DNA of 64,000 nt from Gemmatimonas sp. (GCA_965279375.1 OZ257156.1:864001-928000), one strand, 5' to 3'; positions 9,480-20,743 are shown, counted from the stretch's first letter. The notes: generated by a model from the letters alone, not told the origin. A program made the numbers and translations.

Positions 9480-12400
9480 GCGATCGGCCCCTTCTTCTTG
9501 GCCGCAGTGATCACGCCTTCAACCTTGCCGGCCTGTAGCAGCTTGTTGAACGCGGGCACATCCACCTGCTCGATCTGCTCCACTTCACCACGCAGCGCGC
9601 TCCACAACTTCTCGAGCTCCGCCAAGCGCTCCTTGACTGGCTTGGTTAACGCCGGATTGCCTTCCACCTGCCCCAGCAAAAAGCCGTACTGGCCGTTGAT
9701 GCCGTTGGCGTAGTTGATGATGTCCTGCCCGTTACCTGCCTTGGTCGTCATGCGCGGATCGATCTTCGCCAGCTTGTCGCTCAGCGCCTTGCCCGCCTTG
9801 GCGATCGTGTCGGCGTTGGTCGCTTCCTTCACGCGTGTCGTGAAGCCACCCACCTGCGCCTTGAGATCGCGCACGCGCACCACGGCGTCGTGAATCTCCG
9901 AGATTCGGTTCGACAGCAACGTCGCGATCGAATCACGCTCGGCGATCACCGCACGCGGCACATCGAGCCGCGGGTCCTGCAACACTTCGAACGACTTGGT
10001 CAGTACCGTCGCGCCTGCCGTCAGTCGCACCTGATACGTGCCGGGCGGAACGCGCGCACCGCCATCGCCCGGCGCACCGAACAGCAGAATGCCGGGCAAC
10101 CGCGTGGGCGCCGCACGACGCAGGTTCCAGTTCACGCTGTTGAGCCCCGCCTTCACCGTGATCTTGTCGAGCGTGTCACGCGATCCATAGCTGCGGAGCA
10201 CGGTGCCCTTCGCGTCGAGGAAGTCCACCTTCACTGCCGTCGCGCTGTCCGGCGCCGACGACATGCGGAAGAACACCGTCGCCCCGTAGGCCGGATTGCG
10301 ACCGGCGTTGCGCGCCGGGCCGCCAGAACCACCCGCCAGCACCGCGCTGCGCGGCGCGTATAGGTGCACCGCTGCCGTCGCCAACGAATCGGCACGCTGA
10401 CGGATCACCGAGAGGTCATCGAGAATCCAGAACGCGCGCCCTTCCGTCGCGGCAATCAAGTCGCCGTGCTTCACCTTGAGATCGGTCACCGGCGTCACGG
10501 GGAATCCGGTGTACGGCATCCACTTCGCACCAGCGTCGTACGAGACGTACACACCCGTTTCCGTGCCGGCGTACAGCAGTCCCTTTCGCTCGGTATCCTC
10601 ACGCACCACACGCACCGGCTCACCGTCGCGCAGTCCGTTCACCAGGCGCGTCCACGTTTTGCCGTAATCGGTGCTGCGGAAGACGTGCGGCGTCGGGTCG
10701 CCCATGCGATCCTTGCGATACGCCACGTACACCGTCGCCGGATCGAACGGCGACACTTCGATTTCATTCACCAGCCCGTCGCCCCATGCGGCCGGCGTGA
10801 TGTTGCTCCACGTCTTGCCAGCATCGCGCGTCAGCTGAATCACACCATCGTCGCTGCCTACATAGATCGTATTGGCATCGTGCATCGACTCGTTGATCAC
10901 CACCAGCGCCGCGTACACCTCACCACCCGCGCCTTCGTTCGTGATGGGATAACCACCCCACCCCTGACGCGACTTGTCGTTCTTGGTGAGATCGGGCGAG
11001 ATCGGCGTCCAGCTCATGCCGCGGTCGGTCGTCTTGAACAACACGTTGCCGCCGTGATAGACCACGTTGTCGTTGAACTTCGAAACGACGATCGGCGCGG
11101 TCCAGTTGTAGCGGTACTTCGTCTTGTCCGTCGGCTCGGTCAGGTTCATCTCGGGCCACGGCATGATCGCACGCGTGATGTCCGTCTGCGCGTCCAGCTC
11201 CTCGATGATGCCCTGATAGCAGCCACCGTACACGAGGCGCGGATTCTTCGCGCTCACGCCCATGTTGGCGCTTTCGCAGCCCGGGCCCGGATACCAGTCG
11301 CGCACGTCGATGCTGCCACCTTCGGTGCGGCTCTTGATGATCACCGACGAGTTGTCCTGCTGACCGGCATACAGCTTGTACGGAAACGCGTCGTCAACAG
11401 CCACATGATAGAACTGCGCCGTCGGCTGATTGTCCTGCGTGCTCCAGCTCTTGCCACCGTCCAGCGAAATCGCCGCTCCGCCGTCGTTGGCATTGATGAG
11501 ATAGCGGCTGTCCGTCGGGTTGATCCACAGGCCGTGGTTGTCGCCATGCTGCGCGGGAATAACCTGGAACGTGCGGCCACCATCGATGGAGCGCGTCACC
11601 GGCGCATTCATCACCCACACCACATCCGCGTTCTTCGGATCGGCGGTGACATTCATGTAGTACCACGAGCGCGTCTGGATCAGGCGATCGCCCGACATCA
11701 AACGCCACGTCTTGCCGGCGTCGTCGCTGCGGAATAGACCTCCATTCTCCGCTTCGACAATCGCGAACACGCGATCCGGATTGGCCGGCGACACCGCCAC
11801 GCCAATCTTGCCCACCAGCTTGGGCAGCCCTTCGGTCAAGCGCGTCCACGTATCGCCGCCGTCGATCGACTTCCAGATGCCGCTGCCGGGTCCACCGCTG
11901 CGCACCACCCACGGCTGGCGCTGATGATCCCAGAACGCGGCGTACAGAATGCGCGGGTTGGTCGCGTCCATCGACAGGTCCGACGCGCCGCTGTTCGCGT
12001 TCTCACCCTTGAGCACCGACGTCCACGTCTTGCCACCGTCCGTCGTGCGATAGATGCCGCGATCAGGCGTCCCCTTCCACCGATCGCCCTGCGCGGCCAC
12101 GTACACCACTTCGGGATTGGTGGGATGGATGCGAACCGCCGAGATCTGCCGCGTGGCCGCCAACCCAATGTGCGTCCACGTGCGTCCCTGATCGGTGCTC
12201 TTGTAGACGCCGTCGCCGTAGGTGCTCGACTGCCCGCGAATCGCGTGCTCGCCCATGCCCACGTAGATCACGTTGGGGTCGGACGGGGCCACGGCAATCG
12301 CGCCGACTGAACTCGTCTTGAAGAACCCGTCGGAGATGTTGCGCCAGTTGTTGCCCGCATCGTCGGTGCGCCACAGGCCGCCGCCGGTGTACCCGGCGAA

Positions 12401-12652
12401 ATAGGTCATCGGCTGCGACGGGATCCCCGCCACGGCCACCGATCGTCCGCCTCGGAATGGGCCGATGTTGCGCCACCCCATGGTGCCGAAGGTCGCCGAG
12501 TCGAATGCAAAAGCACTCGGCGCAACGGCGGGCGCGGGCTTCGCCGCAGGCTTGGCAGCCTGGGACCAGAGCGAAGCGGAGGGGGCCAGCAGCATCGCGC
12601 CAGCGAGGATGGCGCGGCGTGGGGACGAACGGTGCATGAACGTGAGACGCAT
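9476..12652 (-). CDS. VPS10/BNR-repeat beta-propeller glycosyl hydrolase-like exported protein
   Basis: WRNIGPFRGGR and many S/TxDxGxTW Asp-boxes. True start is 12652 or 12637; the ORF-track extension to 14110 is the antisense shadow of the VanZ gene. Confidence 0.9.
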   Translation of the reverse strand: MRLTFMHRSSPRRAILAGAMLLAPSASLWSQAAKPAAKPAPAVAPSAFAFDSATFGTMGWRNIGPFRGGRSVAVAGIPSQPMTYFAGYTGGGLWRTDDAGNNWRNISDGFFKTSSVGAIAVAPSDPNVIYVGMGEHAIRGQSSTYGDGVYKSTDQGRTWTHIGLAATRQISAVRIHPTNPEVVYVAAQGDRWKGTPDRGIYRTTDGGKTWTSVLKGENANSGASDLSMDATNPRILYAAFWDHQRQPWVVRSGGPGSGIWKSIDGGDTWTRLTEGLPKLVGKIGVAVSPANPDRVFAIVEAENGGLFRSDDAGKTWRLMSGDRLIQTRSWYYMNVTADPKNADVVWVMNAPVTRSIDGGRTFQVIPAQHGDNHGLWINPTDSRYLINANDGGAAISLDGGKSWSTQDNQPTAQFYHVAVDDAFPYKLYAGQQDNSSVIIKSRTEGGSIDVRDWYPGPGCESANMGVSAKNPRLVYGGCYQGIIEELDAQTDITRAIMPWPEMNLTEPTDKTKYRYNWTAPIVVSKFNDNVVYHGGNVLFKTTDRGMSWTPISPDLTKNDKSRQGWGGYPITNEGAGGEVYAALVVINESMHDANTIYVGSDDGVIQLTRDAGKTWSNITPAAWGDGLVNEIEVSPFDPATVYVAYRKDRMGDPTPHVFRSTDYGKTWTRLVNGLRDGEPVRVVREDTERKGLLYAGTETGVYVSYDAGAKWMPYTGFPVTPVTDLKVKHGDLIAATEGRAFWILDDLSVIRQRADSLATAAVHLYAPRSAVLAGGSGGPARNAGRNPAYGATVFFRMSSAPDSATAVKVDFLDAKGTVLRSYGSRDTLDKITVKAGLNSVNWNLRRAAPTRLPGILLFGAPGDGGARVPPGTYQVRLTAGATVLTKSFEVLQDPRLDVPRAVIAERDSIATLLSNRISEIHDAVVRVRDLKAQVGGFTTRVKEATNADTIAKAGKALSDKLAKIDPRMTTKAGNGQDIINYANGINGQYGFLLGQVEGNPALTKPVKERLAELEKLWSALRGEVEQIEQVDVPAFNKLLQAGKVEGVITAAKKKGPIA

Positions 12653-12760
12653 GGGGGGCACGTGAGGGGGCGCGGTGCAATGCGCAGTGGCTGGAAACGC
12701 GTCGGCGACAGCGTGTGAGCGACCCACAGAACATAGCCTCACCTGCCGATACTCCGCTGC

Positions 12761-14065
12761 ATGCGAATCCTTGCCCAACCGTCGCCGCCGGCCACTCCGC
12801 CCAGCACCGGACGCCGACGTCGGGCAACGGATATCACCGCCGCTCGACTCGGGCGGGCCACGCTGGTCTATCTGGCGGTGATGATGGGCATCATCACGTT
12901 GGCTCCGTTCCACTTTGCCGCCTCGCCACAGCATGGATTGAGCGCGGTGTGGACATGGTCGGATCTGGTGATGAACGTGCTGATGTTCCTCCCCTTCGGC
13001 TTCGTCTACCAAATGACCCGGCCGGCGGGCGCCCCCGCACCGTTTGGGCGGGTCCTGCTCCTTGGTGCGGCGCTCAGTGCGGTGGTCGAAACGGCGCAGC
13101 TCTTCGAGCCGACGCGCTACACCTCGCTGTTCGACATCGCCACCAATGCGCTCGGCGCCGCCGTCGGATCGACGGCCTACCTCGTCGCACTCAAGCGGGT
13201 GCAGGGGGAGAACGCCGTCCGCACGCTCGCCCTCGAGCTCCCGCTCATGGCGCTCGTCTACCTCCTCGTGCCGCTCGCGTGGCTCATGGGACTGACCAGC
13301 GGCCAAGACGTTCGGCAATGGCTGGCCGTTCCCGTGGGGCTCTTTGCCGGCGGCATTCTGGGCACGGTACACGCCGCGTACCTCACGCCGGGCAAGAAGG
13401 TCACGTACGGCTGGCTGCTCGCGTCGGCGCTGCTCTGGTTCTCGGTCGCGCTGCTTCCGGCGACCATCCGCGACCGCGGTCTGGTGGTGGCGGCCGCTGC
13501 GGTCACCCTGGGCAGCGCGTGGCTCCGCAGCATCGCCACGGCGCGCTATCGCACCTGCTTCGGCAGCCGCAGGTTCGAGCTGCCCACGCTCCGCCTGATG
13601 ATGCCGCTCTTTGCCGCCTACCTCGCGCTCTCCTCGCTCTGGCCGCTCGACGAAGCCACAGCGACATGGCGCGCCTCCCTTGGCCTGCTCCCCGCCGGCA
13701 CCGCGCTCACCAACCGGCTCATCTACCAGATGCTGGAGCATGTGGCTGCGTTCACCCTCGTCGGATTCATGACCGCCGAGTTCTACGGCCGTTACGAGAC
13801 GCGTTATCGCGAGATCGCACCGCGTGTGCTGGGCTGGGGGGCGGGGGTGTCGCTGCTGCTCGAGGCGACACGCGGATTTCACCCGCAGTATGGGGCGAGT
13901 CTGGCCATGCTCCTGATGACCATCGCCGCCTGCGGCTTTGGCGGATGGTTGTATCAGCTCCAGCGCGATCACGTGAAAGCGCTGCTGGCGCGACGTACGC
14001 GCCCCGCCGCGCAGCAGACCCGCCCAGACACGTCCGACGTACAGCCCCTCCGTCGCACGGCGTAG
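12761..14065 (+). CDS. VanZ-like polytopic membrane protein
   Basis: NVLMFLPFG, ETAQLF..R..SLFDIATNALG; a second degenerate VanZ-like repeat. Confidence 0.8.
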   Translation: MRILAQPSPPATPPSTGRRRRATDITAARLGRATLVYLAVMMGIITLAPFHFAASPQHGLSAVWTWSDLVMNVLMFLPFGFVYQMTRPAGAPAPFGRVLLLGAALSAVVETAQLFEPTRYTSLFDIATNALGAAVGSTAYLVALKRVQGENAVRTLALELPLMALVYLLVPLAWLMGLTSGQDVRQWLAVPVGLFAGGILGTVHAAYLTPGKKVTYGWLLASALLWFSVALLPATIRDRGLVVAAAAVTLGSAWLRSIATARYRTCFGSRRFELPTLRLMMPLFAAYLALSSLWPLDEATATWRASLGLLPAGTALTNRLIYQMLEHVAAFTLVGFMTAEFYGRYETRYREIAPRVLGWGAGVSLLLEATRGFHPQYGASLAMLLMTIAACGFGGWLYQLQRDHVKALLARRTRPAAQQTRPDTSDVQPLRRTA

Positions 14066-14131
14066 CCTCGTCGCACGCGGGGGCGATGATTCGTCTCGCC
14101 ATGCGCGCATTGCCGCGACAACTTGAGCCGC

Positions 14132-17100
14132 ATGACTACGAGATGCGGAACCTCTCTCAAGGCGATGCTGGTTGCGGGGCTCTTCGCCGCCGTCGCGCGC
14201 GCCGACGCCCAGCGCACCGTCTCCTTCACCACCACCGAAGGCACGTGGATGTCGCTCGACGCCGCGCCCAACGGGCGGGGGCTCGCGTTCGAGTTACTCG
14301 GCGACATCTACACTCTGCCGATGGAAGGAGGCTCTGCCACGCCCATCCTGACCGGCACCGCGTTCCAATCGCAGCCACGATATTCGCCAGACGGATCGCG
14401 GCTGACGTTCGTGAGCGATGGCAGCGGCGGCGATAACGTCTGGATTGCCGCCGCCGATGGGTCAGGCGCTCGCGCACTCTCCACGTTCCGACGCGCGATC
14501 GTGAACTCACCAGTCTGGGCCGCCGATGGTCAGGCGATCTACGCCACGGTCCTCGAAGGACGCACCGCCGACCTCTGGCGATTCGACGTGAAGACCGGCG
14601 CGGGCACCAAGGTCATCGCCAACGCCAATGGTCCCGCCGCACCGCTCGTCTCCTCGCCGGGCCCGGGACCGTACTCCGCGCACGTCACCGCAGACGGACG
14701 CTTTCTCTACTACTCGAGCGTCACGCCGCGCCCCTATGGCAGCCGACTCGGCGCATCGTCGATGCTCATGCGACGCGACATTGCCGGCGGGCGCGACGAG
14801 CCGGTCGTAGTGGAAGAGCCCATGGCGATGGCGCCGGTCGTGTCGCACGACGGACACTGGCTGGTGTACGCGGCGCAGAGCCGCGGACAAACCGGGCTTC
14901 GCCTCCGCGATCTCCGCACTGCATCAGAACGGTGGCTCGCGTGGCCAATGCAGCGCAACGAGCTCGAGTCGCGCGCCGCACGTGACGTACTACCCGGCTA
15001 CGCGCTCACGCCGGATGATCGCGCGGTGCTCGTGGCGTTCGGCGGCAAGATCCATCGCATCGACATTGCAACGGGCGCCGACGTCGTCGTGCCCTTCGCC
15101 GCGACGTATGCCACCACCATTCCCGATGCGCAGCGCAGTTCGTGGCGCGCTTCATCCGACTCGGTGCGTGGACGCTTCGCGCAGCACGCTGCGGTCTCCG
15201 CCGACGGGCGCGTCGCCTTCTCCATGTTCGCCAGCCTGTACGTCGCTCCGACGCGCACCGGCGCACCCGGACGCATCACCACCACCGCGCAGCCGCGCGA
15301 GTTCATGCCGGCGTGGTCGCCAGACGGACGCTGGCTCGCGTACGTGATTTGGGGTCCTGAGGGCGGACATCTGTTCAAAGTGCGAGCGTCGGGCGGTGCA
15401 CCTGTGCGCCTGTCCGATGCACCGGCGCTCTGGATGGACCCGGTGTGGAGCGCGGACGGGCGCCATCTCTACGCGTTGCACGCGCCTCTCGGCACCGCTC
15501 ACGCGCAGCCGCTGCCGCTCCCTACCGACGCCATGCTCGTACGCATCTCGGCGGACGGCGGGGCCGTCGTATCGCTGGCGCCCGCGCAGGGCATGCGGCA
15601 TCCGCATTTCAGTCGCGACAGCGCGCGCCTCTGGTTCTCGTCACCACAGGGACTCGGCTCCGTCGCCGTGAATGGCACCGACCGTCGACTGCACACGCGA
15701 GCGCCCGTTGGTGCTGGACCAGCCGGCTCGCCGCTCGCGTCCGATCTGCGTATCAGCCCTGACGGACGTTGGGTGGCCATGCATGCCAGCGATCGCGTGT
15801 GGGTGCAGCCGCTCCCCACGCTCTCGGACAGCGCCCCGGCGGTGCTCGACTTCCGTGCCGCCACCGACGTCTCGGGCCCGGCAACCACCGGCATGGCCTG
15901 GTCGCCCGACGGAGCGCAGCTCTCGTGGATCACCGGCTCCACAGTGCATACGCGCGTGATGTCTCTGTCGGGAACGCCTGCAACGGCGAACGCCACAACG
16001 AACGCAGCGACTAGCGCGACCACCACCAATCGTTCGCTGGCCGTCACTCGACCGCGCGCTACGCCGCGTGGCACCGTGGTGCTGCGCGGCGCCCGCGTGA
16101 TCACCATGCGCGGTGACACCGTCATCGACAACGCCGACGTCGTGGTGACGGACAATCGCATCGTGTCCGTCGGCGCACGTGCGGCAACGACCGCTGCGGG
16201 CGCACGCGTAATCGACGTGACGGGCAAGACGATCATGCCGGGAATCGTCGACGCACATGCGCATTGGGCCGTGCGTCGCGAGCTGCTCGAACCGGAAGCG
16301 CCGTCGCTGTACGCCAATCTCGCATTCGGCGTCACGACGATTCGCGATCCGCAAACGTTCGCCGAGATCTTCGCCTACTCGGATCTCGTGGAGGCGACCG
16401 GGCTCCCGAGCCCGCGCATCTTCTCCACAGGGCCCGGGCTGTTTGCCGAAACGGATTTCAAGTCGCTCGACGACGCGCGCCGCACGCTCACGCGCTACCG
16501 AGACGACTACGGCACGCATCTCATCAAGAGCTACATGGTGGGCAATCGGCAGCAGCGGCAGTGGGTGGCGCAGGCGAGCCGAGAGCTTGGCTTGCTCACC
16601 ACCACCGAAGGCGGCGCCGACACCAAGATGGACCTCACGCACACGCTCGATGGCTTCTTCGGCAACGAGCATGCGTTCCCTAACGCACCATTGTACGAAG
16701 ACATCGTGCAGCTCGCGGCACGCAGTGGCATCCACTACACACCCACGCTGCTGGTGTCGTTCGGCGGAGCACTGCCGATCTATCGGCTGCTCGCGCAGGA
16801 ACGCCCCTTCGATGATCCCAAACTGAATCGCTTCTTCCCGCGCAGCGAACTCTATCAACGCACCGCCACGCGTCTGCTCGCCTTCCCCAGCGAGGACTAC
16901 AACGACCGCGAAACCTCCGCAGGCGCACGCGACATCCTGCGCGCCGGTGGACGCGTCTCGTTGGGTGGACACGGCGAAATGCAGGGGCTGCAGGTGCACT
17001 GGGAGATGCGCTTGCTCGCGCAAAGCGGCCTGACACCGCACGAGGTGCTGCGCGTGGCCACGCTCAATAGTGCGGCGGCGATCGGTCTCGACCGCGATCT

Positions 17101-18640
17101 GGGCAGCATCGAAGCGGACAAGCTCGCGGATCTCATCGTGCTCGACCGCGATCCACTCGCGGACATCCGCAACACCACCGCCATTCGCTACGTGATGGCC
17201 AACGGCGTGCTCTACGACGGAGAAACGCTCGATCGCGTCTCGCCCACGGTGGCTGCGCTCCCCGCGCCGTGGTGGCGCGCCGATGCCCCCGCTGTCGGAG
17301 GCACCCCCTTCAACGAAGCCGCCGTCGATCAGGTGGTGCTCTCCGAAATGCGTCGTCAGCAAAGCCCCGGAATCGGCGTCGCCGTCATCAAGGGCGATCG
17401 CGTGCTGATGTCCAAGGGCTATGGCATGGCGAATGTCGAGCAGCAGATGCCCGTCACCGCCGAAACCATGTTCGAGTCAGGGTCGGTGGGAAAGATGTTC
17501 ACTGCGGCCGGCATCATGGCCTTGGTGGAGGAGCAGAAGATCGCGCTCGACTCGTCGGTGCGGCGCTACCTGCCAGACGCACCAGCGGCCTGGCAGCCCA
17601 TCACGATTCGTCACCTGCTCTCGCACACGTCAGGCATCCCCGACTACACCGGCGATGCGATGGACTATCGGCGCGACTACACGGAGGCGCAGCTCGCGTC
17701 GATGGCGTTCGCCATGCCGCTCGAGTTCCCCCCGGGCACGCGCTGGAATTACAGCAACACGGGCTACGTGATGCTCGGCGCGATCATCAGCCGCCTCACT
17801 GGCGCGCCCTACTGGCAGTATCTGCGATCGCGGATCTTCACACCCGCCGGCATGACGTCGGTGCGCATCATCTCCGAAGCAGACATCGTACCGCGGCGCG
17901 CGTCGGGGTACCTGCCGAGTGCGTCAGGGTTCGTACACCAGAGCTGGGTCTCACCCTCGCTCAACACCACGGCGGATGGCTCGCTGCTGATCAGCGTGCG
18001 CGACTTTGTGGCGTGGAACGCCGTCGTGCGTGACACGCGCGTACTGTCGAAAGAGAGTTGGGAGTCGCTCCTCACGCCGATCAAGCTGAACAGCGGTCGT
18101 ACGCACCCGTACGGATTCGGCTGGTTCCTCGACTCGCTCAACAATCAGCGCGTGGTTCAGCACGGCGGATCGTGGCAGGGGTTCCGCACGCAATTCACGC
18201 GCTTCGAGGGGAGCGATCTCGCCGTGGTGGTGCTCTCCAACTCCGGCGCGGTGCGGCCGGACGAGATCGCCAATCGTATCGCGGCCGCGGTCGACACCGC
18301 ACTGACGCCGCCACCCACGCCATCCGTCGCCATCGCCGATGGCAACCCTGCCACCACCGCGATGGTGCGCACCGTGCTGCTCAAGACGGCGCGCGGTGAA
18401 CTCGCGGTAAGCGATTTCGAGTTCGTTCGCGCCACGACGGTCCCACGCATGGGCGCTGCCTACGCGCGTATGCTGCAGCCGCTCGGCGCGCTTACGCGAC
18501 TCGATCTGCTCTCTACCGGCAATGTGGCCGACGACCGCACCTTCACGTATCGTGCCGTCTACGCCGAGGGCGTGGTAATGGTGAACGCACGCACGGGGCC
18601 CAACGGTGGCCTCACGAGCCTGCAGCTCAGCAGGCCGTAG
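14132..18640 (+). CDS. Fusion of PD40/TolB propeller, amidohydrolase and beta-lactamase-family serine hydrolase
   Basis: P.WSPDG repeats; PGIVDAHAH and GSIEADKLADL; SVGK, YSNTGY, HGG. Confidence 0.85.
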   Translation: MTTRCGTSLKAMLVAGLFAAVARADAQRTVSFTTTEGTWMSLDAAPNGRGLAFELLGDIYTLPMEGGSATPILTGTAFQSQPRYSPDGSRLTFVSDGSGGDNVWIAAADGSGARALSTFRRAIVNSPVWAADGQAIYATVLEGRTADLWRFDVKTGAGTKVIANANGPAAPLVSSPGPGPYSAHVTADGRFLYYSSVTPRPYGSRLGASSMLMRRDIAGGRDEPVVVEEPMAMAPVVSHDGHWLVYAAQSRGQTGLRLRDLRTASERWLAWPMQRNELESRAARDVLPGYALTPDDRAVLVAFGGKIHRIDIATGADVVVPFAATYATTIPDAQRSSWRASSDSVRGRFAQHAAVSADGRVAFSMFASLYVAPTRTGAPGRITTTAQPREFMPAWSPDGRWLAYVIWGPEGGHLFKVRASGGAPVRLSDAPALWMDPVWSADGRHLYALHAPLGTAHAQPLPLPTDAMLVRISADGGAVVSLAPAQGMRHPHFSRDSARLWFSSPQGLGSVAVNGTDRRLHTRAPVGAGPAGSPLASDLRISPDGRWVAMHASDRVWVQPLPTLSDSAPAVLDFRAATDVSGPATTGMAWSPDGAQLSWITGSTVHTRVMSLSGTPATANATTNAATSATTTNRSLAVTRPRATPRGTVVLRGARVITMRGDTVIDNADVVVTDNRIVSVGARAATTAAGARVIDVTGKTIMPGIVDAHAHWAVRRELLEPEAPSLYANLAFGVTTIRDPQTFAEIFAYSDLVEATGLPSPRIFSTGPGLFAETDFKSLDDARRTLTRYRDDYGTHLIKSYMVGNRQQRQWVAQASRELGLLTTTEGGADTKMDLTHTLDGFFGNEHAFPNAPLYEDIVQLAARSGIHYTPTLLVSFGGALPIYRLLAQERPFDDPKLNRFFPRSELYQRTATRLLAFPSEDYNDRETSAGARDILRAGGRVSLGGHGEMQGLQVHWEMRLLAQSGLTPHEVLRVATLNSAAAIGLDRDLGSIEADKLADLIVLDRDPLADIRNTTAIRYVMANGVLYDGETLDRVSPTVAALPAPWWRADAPAVGGTPFNEAAVDQVVLSEMRRQQSPGIGVAVIKGDRVLMSKGYGMANVEQQMPVTAETMFESGSVGKMFTAAGIMALVEEQKIALDSSVRRYLPDAPAAWQPITIRHLLSHTSGIPDYTGDAMDYRRDYTEAQLASMAFAMPLEFPPGTRWNYSNTGYVMLGAIISRLTGAPYWQYLRSRIFTPAGMTSVRIISEADIVPRRASGYLPSASGFVHQSWVSPSLNTTADGSLLISVRDFVAWNAVVRDTRVLSKESWESLLTPIKLNSGRTHPYGFGWFLDSLNNQRVVQHGGSWQGFRTQFTRFEGSDLAVVVLSNSGAVRPDEIANRIAAAVDTALTPPPTPSVAIADGNPATTAMVRTVLLKTARGELAVSDFEFVRATTVPRMGAAYARMLQPLGALTRLDLLSTGNVADDRTFTYRAVYAEGVVMVNARTGPNGGLTSLQLSRP

Positions 18641-18647
18641 CGCGTCG

Positions 18648-20243
18648 CTAACGAGGCCTGGGGTCGGGGCGCCGAATCGTGCGTCCCGGCCGCGCGCCGG
18701 TGAGTGCGCCATCGCGAATGACCGCCACGCCGTTCACGAAGAGCTGGGTCACGCCTTCCGCATAGTGATGCGGGTCGGTGAAGGTGGCCCTATCGATGAA
18801 TCGCGCGCGATCGAAGACCACCAGATCGGCCACCATGCCGCGGCGCACGATGCCACGATCGGATAACCCCAATGTGCGCGCGGGAACGCTCGTCATCTTG
18901 GAAATCGCCGACTCGAACGACAGCAGCTGTCGTTCGCCCACGTACCGCGCGATGACGCGCGGAAACGCGCCGTAGCTGCGCGGATGCGGAAAGCCGACGC
19001 CCGGTGTGACGAGATCGCCGTCCGTCGACACCATCGACGCCGGATGACGCAGAAACGCTTCGATGTCGCGCTCGCTCATCGCCTCGACGATGCCGGTGAA
19101 TCCGCCGTCGCGTTGCAGCGTGATCAGCGCGTCGATGATCGCGTCTACCGACTCCGGAACGCCGCGCGTTGCGAGGTAGTCTGCCAGCGTACGCCCCTGC
19201 AATGCAGGCATCGATGGAATCGTGCGAAAGCGAACGCTCGACGCCGTGCCACCGGTTTGCGCCGCGAAGATGGGGCGCATCTCCGCACGTAGCCGACGCA
19301 ACGTGGTCGAATCCGTCAGGCGCGCACGCACCGAGTCGGCACCATCGGCCAGCGCCCACGCCGGGAACAGCACGTCGGAGTAGGTGCTGTAGGCGGGATA
19401 CGGATACACGTCGAACGAGATGCGTTGACCCCGCGCATTGAGCGAATCCAAGCCGCGCAGCACCGCCGTGCTCTTGCCCCAGTTGTTCGCCCCCGTGCTT
19501 TTTATGTGGCTGATATGCACCGGCTGCCCCGAACTGCGCCCCACGTCCACCGCCTCGGCGATGGCATACTCCAGCGCGGCCCCTTCATCGCGTAGATGCG
19601 TTACGTAGAGCGAACCGGGACGCTTGGCCGCGCGCGCCAGCGCCACCAACTCCGCGCGTTCGGCATAGACGGCCGGGATGTACTCCAGCCCCGTGCCCAA
19701 TCCGAACGCGCCATCATCCATCGCCTCGGCTACCAGCGTTCGCATCCGCACCAACTCCTCCGCCGTCGGCGCGCGGTTCTCGCGCCCCATCACCCGACTG
19801 CGCACCCACGTGTGCCCTGCCGTCCACATCGTGTTGGGCGCAACGCGCAGCGTGTCGAGAAACGCGCCCAACGGATACGGCTGATCGAGACTGTGCAGGC
19901 TGTTGAAGATCGTCGTGATCCCTTGGCGCAGAAAATTCTCGGCGTCGGGATGCTCGGCTATCGTGGTGATGTGCGCATGCGGGTCGATGAACCCCGGCGC
20001 GATGATCTGTCCCGTGGCATCGACGATGCGCGTGCTCGCACCCGCGGCAATGCGCGGCGCCACGGCGCTGATGCGTCCACCGCGCACCGCCACATCGGCA
20101 CGACGCGCCGGCGCACCCGTGCCGTCCACGACCGTACCGCCGCGCAGAATGAAATCCGGCGGGGTTTGCGCGCTCGCGGCAGACCCGCTCAACGCAATCA
20201 GCGCAACCCAGATCGCTGAGCGTCGTACGCGAAGGGCCCTCAC
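18648..20243 (-). CDS. N-acyl-D-amino acid deacylase (D-aminoacylase family)
   Basis: APGFIDPHAH, THLRDEG, HISHIK, HPRSYGAFPR; GTG start overlaps the dinB stop (GTGA). Confidence 0.9.
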   Translation of the reverse strand: MRALRVRRSAIWVALIALSGSAASAQTPPDFILRGGTVVDGTGAPARRADVAVRGGRISAVAPRIAAGASTRIVDATGQIIAPGFIDPHAHITTIAEHPDAENFLRQGITTIFNSLHSLDQPYPLGAFLDTLRVAPNTMWTAGHTWVRSRVMGRENRAPTAEELVRMRTLVAEAMDDGAFGLGTGLEYIPAVYAERAELVALARAAKRPGSLYVTHLRDEGAALEYAIAEAVDVGRSSGQPVHISHIKSTGANNWGKSTAVLRGLDSLNARGQRISFDVYPYPAYSTYSDVLFPAWALADGADSVRARLTDSTTLRRLRAEMRPIFAAQTGGTASSVRFRTIPSMPALQGRTLADYLATRGVPESVDAIIDALITLQRDGGFTGIVEAMSERDIEAFLRHPASMVSTDGDLVTPGVGFPHPRSYGAFPRVIARYVGERQLLSFESAISKMTSVPARTLGLSDRGIVRRGMVADLVVFDRARFIDRATFTDPHHYAEGVTQLFVNGVAVIRDGALTGARPGRTIRRPDPRPR

Positions 20244-20743
20244 GCGCTCGCCTTGTCCATCCACACATCCCACGTCACCCCGCCGATCTCCTCATCATCG
20301 AACGCTCGCCCCACCTGCTTGAGCGCCAGCTTGATCTGCCCGTGATGGTATCCCTCGTGCCAGATGAAGTGCTGAAGCAGCAGAATCGGATGATCGTAGT
20401 GCCGGTCCATGTCACGTCGCTCGGCCAACCGACGCACCACGGCCGAACGCACCGTCGCTGCACTCTCGTTCAACCACTGCGTCATGCGCGCGCGATCCCG
20501 CTCTTGCCGCCACTCCCCGTCCGGCATCGCCGTCGCCGATTCGGGTGCGTCCTCCTGCACAAAGATCAGCCGGCAGTAGTGCATGTGCATGAACAGTCCG
20601 CCGATGGACGGACTCGTGGGCGTCGGCCGCAGATCCAGCGCGTCCTCGGGAAGCGCGTGGAGCAGGTTCACGAGAATCGTGTTGTTGCGATCCCACGAAT
20701 CCAGCAGCGCCGCGAGCAGCGCGTCATAGTCGCGATCGGACAT
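20240..20743 (-). CDS. DinB family protein
   Basis: HMH and WHEGYHHGQI metal-binding helices. Confidence 0.85.
   Translation of the reverse strand: MSDRDYDALLAALLDSWDRNNTILVNLLHALPEDALDLRPTPTSPSIGGLFMHMHYCRLIFVQEDAPESATAMPDGEWRQERDRARMTQWLNESAATVRSAVVRRLAERRDMDRHYDHPILLLQHFIWHEGYHHGQIKLALKQVGRAFDDEEIGGVTWDVWMDKASA

Noticed and set aside
12653..14110. N-terminal ~490 aa of the 1544-aa ORF
   Set aside because: Antisense shadow of the VanZ-like gene; the real protein begins at the signal peptide near 12652
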